From Camelus dromedarius (taxonomy: Eukaryota), in assembly GCF_036321535.1 (NCBI RefSeq), contig NC_087437.1:120282001-120346000 (forward strand): a DNA stretch of 64,000 nt. Direction: 5' to 3'. Position 1 is the first letter of the stretch; each line of letters opens with the position of its first letter. Below, in pieces: positions 58,831 to 64,000 of the stretch. The notes beneath the pieces were generated by a model. That model was not told the origin of the DNA. It saw nothing but the letters and a program-made list of their open reading frames with translations, and made no database searches. The position numbers and the translations under genes are program-made.

Positions 58831-61800
58831 GGGAGCTCAGCTCTGAGAAGAGGAGGGTTTGGGGGGCTCCATGCAACACCACCTGGCCAGGGGGGGACCC
58901 CACACACACATACTCTCTGGACCCCACCTCAGTGACCGTGGACTTGGCCCCATTTGCGCCCTGGCTGTGCCACCCACAGAGCAGGGCTTGTGGCTGAGTT
59001 GTGGCCCCTCCAAGACGGGCGAGGGGCAGGAAACTGGTGCAGAGGGATGAAGGGTCCGAGGGAAGCCGTGGCCAGCGGTCAGCCCTCCAGACGGCACCCG
59101 GAGCCCTAGTCCCTGTGGGGGCTGGAGCTGCTCAGAGGTCTGAAGGGACAGGGAGCCTGAGAGCAAACAGGGGAACAGAAACTTCATCTGGGGCACGGAG
59201 GCAGGCAGAGGGCAGAGGGCAGACGGAGGTCCTGTGAGGGCAGCCTTAGGTTTCTGAGCTGTATTTTTCTGCTGCAGCTTCTAGAAGCCACAGGGACAAG
59301 GCAGGGATGGGGCTCGTTCAGTGACCACCCACCACCGGGGGACTCTGGTGGGATGGGGGACCATGGTGGGACGGGGGCCCGGCTGCCTGGGGCGGAAGGG
59401 TCCTCTCCCTGCCCTCCCCCCGCCCCGTTCATCCTCCGTGGGTGTGGCAGCTGCCGGGAACTCCCCCCACCCCACCCGACCTTCACAGACACTGGTAGAG
59501 AGACCTCCAGGGGAGGGCGTTACCCGCCCCCAGGGAGCCCCAAGAGGCCCGTTTGCTAATTTCAGTTTGGTTTTTTTTTTCCTTTCAAACTAAAGCATCC
59601 GAAACAGGTGAGTGTAAGACAGCGGTAAGACCACAGCACAGAGTGGGACCCCAAAGGGGACTTGGAAGCACCTGCAGGAAACAGCGGCCCCAGGAAGCAG
59701 CAAGAACCCCCCAGGTCCTGTCTCCCTAAAAGCAGTGTCCAGTCCTGGCCGCCGTGGGCGGACCTGGCCGCACCGCAGGATGGCCCGGGCCTGACTGCTC
59801 AGCCGGCCTGCCGCCCGGCGCTTCCTTCCCACTAGAAACCTCGTGCCGGACTGGGCTGTGTTTTCTCAGAATCCACCCAAACGTTTTTGTTCCAAGTTTA
59901 GAATTAGCCTTGAGAGGCACAAAAACCACAGGAGGATACGATCGAGTGAACTTGAACCTTCATTCTTTCTGAGTGTGTCTTAAATGGGAAAATTCCAAAA
60001 GTTCTTTCTCAAAGTAAAAAAATAAAGTACAAGCTTTTGAGGACTATTTTTACATTTACAAGATTTTTCAACTGAAACAACAAATAAACTGAATTTGTTT
60101 CTGATTCTAAAGGGCACACTTTCCCGTGAGCCCCTGCGCATATAGGGCGGTGACCGGTGGGCAAGCACCAGGACACACAGACAGAAGGACTCCAGGGTAC
60201 CGGGAAGTGGAGTGAAGGGGGCGGGGCAAGAGGGGGTGGGCGCCAGGCTCCGCCCCCTTGCACTGATTTCCTTTGCAACCAAGTGCTGTTCCCCCCAGCC
60301 CAGTCCCACCGCCTCTCTCCCTTCATGGGTTTGCTTTGTTCCCCGGGTCGTAGAAGGCATTCAAGGACTCACTTCTCAGATGGGGACACTGAGGTAGAGA
60401 CAAGGCTCTTGCTGGATCCCAGGACTCATGAGCAGTCAGGGGCCAAGGCGGGGATCCTCCCATCTCCACTTCCCACATCCTTACCCTGTGTCCCTTCCCG
60501 AGTCCCTGGGAGGCCTCCTCCCACACTGCAGCCCTGGCTCTGCCTCACGTCCAGCTCCACACCCCTGCACTCTGGGACGACCTTCAAAGTGGAGGCAACT
60601 GTTTAAATATTAAATGGTCCTTGGAATGCCTGGGCTCCCATTAAGACCCTGAATCAAAAGAGAAAAAGAAAGACTTTAAAGACTGCTGAAGTTTGAAAAG
60701 CCGAATGATCGATGTTTGTGTTCTGGGGCTGCACCAGCGTCTCCATCTCCTTGGCCTCGGGCGCCTGGCTGCAGGGTGGCTCTGGGGACCCCCAGCACAC
60801 AGGACAGGGGGTGCACGGTAGGGGAGGGGCACTAGCCAGGCCCGGGGTGATAGGCTGGGGGTCTGGATGGACAGTGATGGACTGGACGAGAGCCCAGGAG
60901 CCCAGCCGCAGTCCTGCCTCCTCAGGCAGCAAGAGGCCTGTGGGAGCCCAGGCCAGGGCAGAGGCCATCGGGGAGCATGCCCCCAGCCCAAGAGCAGCGG
61001 GAGCAGTGGGGCCAGCTGTGCATGCCCCCTGGGCGGGGACGGAGGGGGCACCCTGCTTGTTGTGAGCATCCTCTAGCTGTCACTCCCACCGCGGAAGGGA
61101 GGGTCTTGTGCCCTCACCCGGCTGGGGCTTTACAGGCACCTTCTCCCTCGGAGGCTGCCCTGAGAAGGCCCCCAAAGTGACAACCCTGGAGGATGGATGG
61201 GCACCCTGCAGATGCCACCCCACGTCCATCTGTGCGCGGGGATGTGAGCAGCCACGGGGGGCCAAGGCTACCACGTGCTGCGGCTCGTCAGAGCCAAGGA
61301 CACGCAGCCCAGCTGCCAGCTGGGAGGCCTGCCGACACGGGGAGGAGTGCGTCCTACGTGACCACGTAGGCCCAGCCCCAGGGGTCTCCCTGAGCCTCAG
61401 AGCCCGTCACTCCCAGGCCCTGAGCGTCTAGCATTCTGGACACACCAGAATGTGTGTGCTGGACCTTCTAGTTCCCAAGAGGGATTGCGGTCTGTTCTGG
61501 ATGCCTCTCCTTCCGTCAGAGCAGAGCCCAGGGGCATGCAGGCCTGCATCTTACCAGGCCCCTCCCACACCTCCCAGGAAACTGCCCCTTTCCCCCAACT
61601 TTCCCCGTGGGCTTCTGACACCTGCTTCCAGGGAGCCCCCTCTCCCTTGCTGAGACAGGGCAGCTGATTCCCAGAGCCTTTCAGCTCAAGAGAGGAGGCG
61701 TCCAGCCCACGGCCTCAGGGGGACACCATCTGGGCGTGGGCACTAGGGACACCTCCCTCGCCTCGGCCCTGACTTCACTAGCCGGCTCCCCTCACCCAGC

Positions 61801-62369
61801 TCAGAGCTGCCAACCTGGGTCTGGGCTGGTCCAGGTGGTGGGCCGAGCTCCATGGTGGGTGCGCGTCCGCTGTGACCTAATGGTGCCCCGCCATCCCGTC
61901 CCTCCTCACTGACAGCGAACGAGAAGGGGCTCCCCGCCCTCCCAGGCCTTATGTAACTCGTCCAGGGTCGTGCGACCGCAAAGGAACCGAACATCGGACG
62001 CCAAGGCTCCCGTGTCCGCATGGGAGGCGGCGAGACTCCCCCTGCACCTCCACCCTGAGTGGGAAGCCCTGGATTCAGGAGGCACCTCAGTGCGCGCGGG
62101 AGGCGTCCTCACTTCAGAAAACATGGGGCTCGCCAGGGGGCCCTAACACTTCAGGGAGAGCCTCTCATCGGGAGTGTGAGTGCGGGCGCCCGCCCCTGAG
62201 GCAGGAAGCCTGGCGGGTGCCAGGAGCCACCGTGCTCCACAGTGTCCCTGTTCCTCGGTCTCGGGGCTCAGAAGACCCCCTGCATGCAAGGACCCTGGGG
62301 ACACTGCAGGGGCCCGGCATTGCCGTGACGACTTGTGATCTTGGAGCGCTCTGTAACCCCACGGCCTGT

Positions 62370-62540
62370 TAGATTTTACTCCCCAAATTCTACCAAGCTG
62401 TGTGGTCTCAAGCAAGTCACCATGCCTGCCTCTGTTCTCGTCTATGAGACGGGCAGAAGGAGCCATCCTGGGGGCTGGGTGAAGAAGCACCTGTGAAGTG
62501 TGTAGCCAAGTGGATGCCTGAGAAAAAGAAGCAGATGGAT
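62370..62540. mobile_element. MIR fragment
   Basis: ctaccaagctgtgtggtctcaagcaagtcacc..cctctgttctcgtctatgagacggg. Confidence 0.5.
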
Positions 62541-62971
62541 GGACAGACGGACAGCACACAGCCGATCTCCCAGCAGGAGCTCAGGATCCACCAGCGCAAG
62601 AGCCGGAGGCCATGGGAGGCGGGAGCGTCTGCCCACAGCCGGGCACGCCGTTGGCTCCAAGGTCACCCCGCTGTCGGGGGAGCTCAGCACACCTCCCCGG
62701 GGCTGGCAGGTGGCGCGAACACAGCGGTCCACCCGCGTAGGGAGCCGCCGGCACCGAGCACCACACACACCACCTCATGTCTGCCCACTCCCACAGAGGC
62801 CAGCACCGCGATCCCTCTCATTGGCAGGTGGGGAAATTGAGACTCAGCTCCTTAGATGACTCCCCGCCCAAGACAGGACATGAGAAGTGGCCAAGCGGCG
62901 TCTGGACGTGGGCAGCGTGACCGCACAGCAGCTCAGCCAGCCCGGCGGCTCCCGGACGTCCAGAGCTCGGC

Positions 62972-63610
62972 CCCTGATCACTAGTGACGCTCACTGTGTG
63001 CCTTTTCCTGCACCTGCTGGCCATTTGTGTGTCTTTGGAGACGTGTCTATTCAAGTCTTTAGCCCACTTTTCAATCAAGTTATTAGCTATTTCTGCTGCT
63101 GAGCTCAGGGGCTCCTCGCCGGTTTTGCACATTAGCCCGTTGGCAGAGCTGCGGGCTCCTCCCGTCCACTGGCCGCCTTCTCACCCCGTCAGCGTTTCCT
63201 TCTCAGCTTGCTGTCACCCCAGTTCTCTAATCTTGCCTTGGTTGCCTGAGCTTCTGGGGTCAAATCATCCCAAGACCAATGGCACAGAGCTTTCCCCCTG
63301 TGTCTCCTTCTGGGAGGCTGGCAGCGCCAGGCTTGCCGCTGCATCTTCAACCACGTTGCGTTGACTCCTGCGTCTGGTGTGACCTAAGTGCCCAGCTTCA
63401 CTTGTTCGCATGTGGCCGTCCGGTTCTCCCAGCACCGCTTGTTGAAGAGACTGTCCTCTCCCTGTTGCCTGCTCTCGGCTCCCTCACCAGAGGCCAGGTA
63501 ATTGTGTGCATGTGGGTCCATTTCTGTGTTCTCTATGCTGTTCCGTTAGTCTGTGTGTCTGATTTTTCTGTCAGTTCCATGCTGTTTAAATTACGATTGT
63601 TTGGAATGTA
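62972..63610 (-). mobile_element. L1 ORF2 3' part, antisense
   Basis: ttggagacgtgtctattcaagtctttagcccactttt..ttctcccagcaccgcttgttgaagagactgtcc..ggtccatttctg. Confidence 0.9.
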
Positions 63611-63612
63611 CT

Positions 63613-64000
63613 GGGGAAAATACAAATCAAATCAAACACAAGTCAGGGAAGTGTAAATCAAAACCACAATGAGATATGACCTCCCTCCCACCTGTCAGGA
63701 TGGCTGTCATCAAAAAGACAAGTGTTGGTGAGGGTGTGGAGAAATGGAATTCTTGTCTCTGCGCAGCTGGTGGAGATGCAAAATGTCATTATGGAAAACT
63801 GTGTGGAGGTTCTTCAAAAAATTAAAACTTGACCACTAAATTATCCAGCAGCCCCACTTCCGGGTATCTGTCCAAAAGCATTGAAATCAGGCTCTCAAAG
63901 AGTTATCTGCTCTCCCCTCTTCTTTGCAGCACTAGTCACAAGAGCCAAGGAGGGAAAACAGCCTAAGTGTCCACCCACGATGGGCAGATGAAGAAAATGC
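63613..64000 (+). mobile_element. L1 ORF2 end, sense (continues beyond window)
   Basis: aaatcaaaaccacaatgagata..gtcaggatggctgtcatcaaaaagaca..atggaaaactgtgtggaggttcttcaaaaaattaaaa..cctaagtgtcca. Confidence 0.92.

Overview
GC-rich mammalian genomic DNA, very probably camelid (it carries a Vic-1-type tRNA-derived SINE and a cetartiodactyl-type L1 3' end). The only supportable protein-coding gene is an intact SIK1 (salt-inducible kinase 1) on the minus strand. It has a non-coding exon 1 in a CpG island (~34242-34375), 13 coding exons (33871 down to 25083; 2355 nt, 784 aa; all introns GT-AG with consistent phases) and a ~1.9 kb 3'UTR ending near an AATAAA at 23224-23229. The promoter has a perfect CRE, several half/variant CREs, a palindromic X-box-like site and an EGR site. 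Further CRE clusters lie in intron 3 and upstream. The rest is intergenic DNA with old L1, MLT1/MaLR, MIR, L2, Tigger1 and a probable solo ERV LTR. I found no evidence of a new biological system. The most interesting observations are a Tigger1/MLT1 junction that appears copied in both directions, a twin-priming-like L1 inversion, GC-shifted L1 fossils, a spliced uORF overlapping the SIK1 start, and candidate NMD-escaping SIK1 isoforms. Repeat family names and comparisons with human SIK1 are from memory, not from searches.
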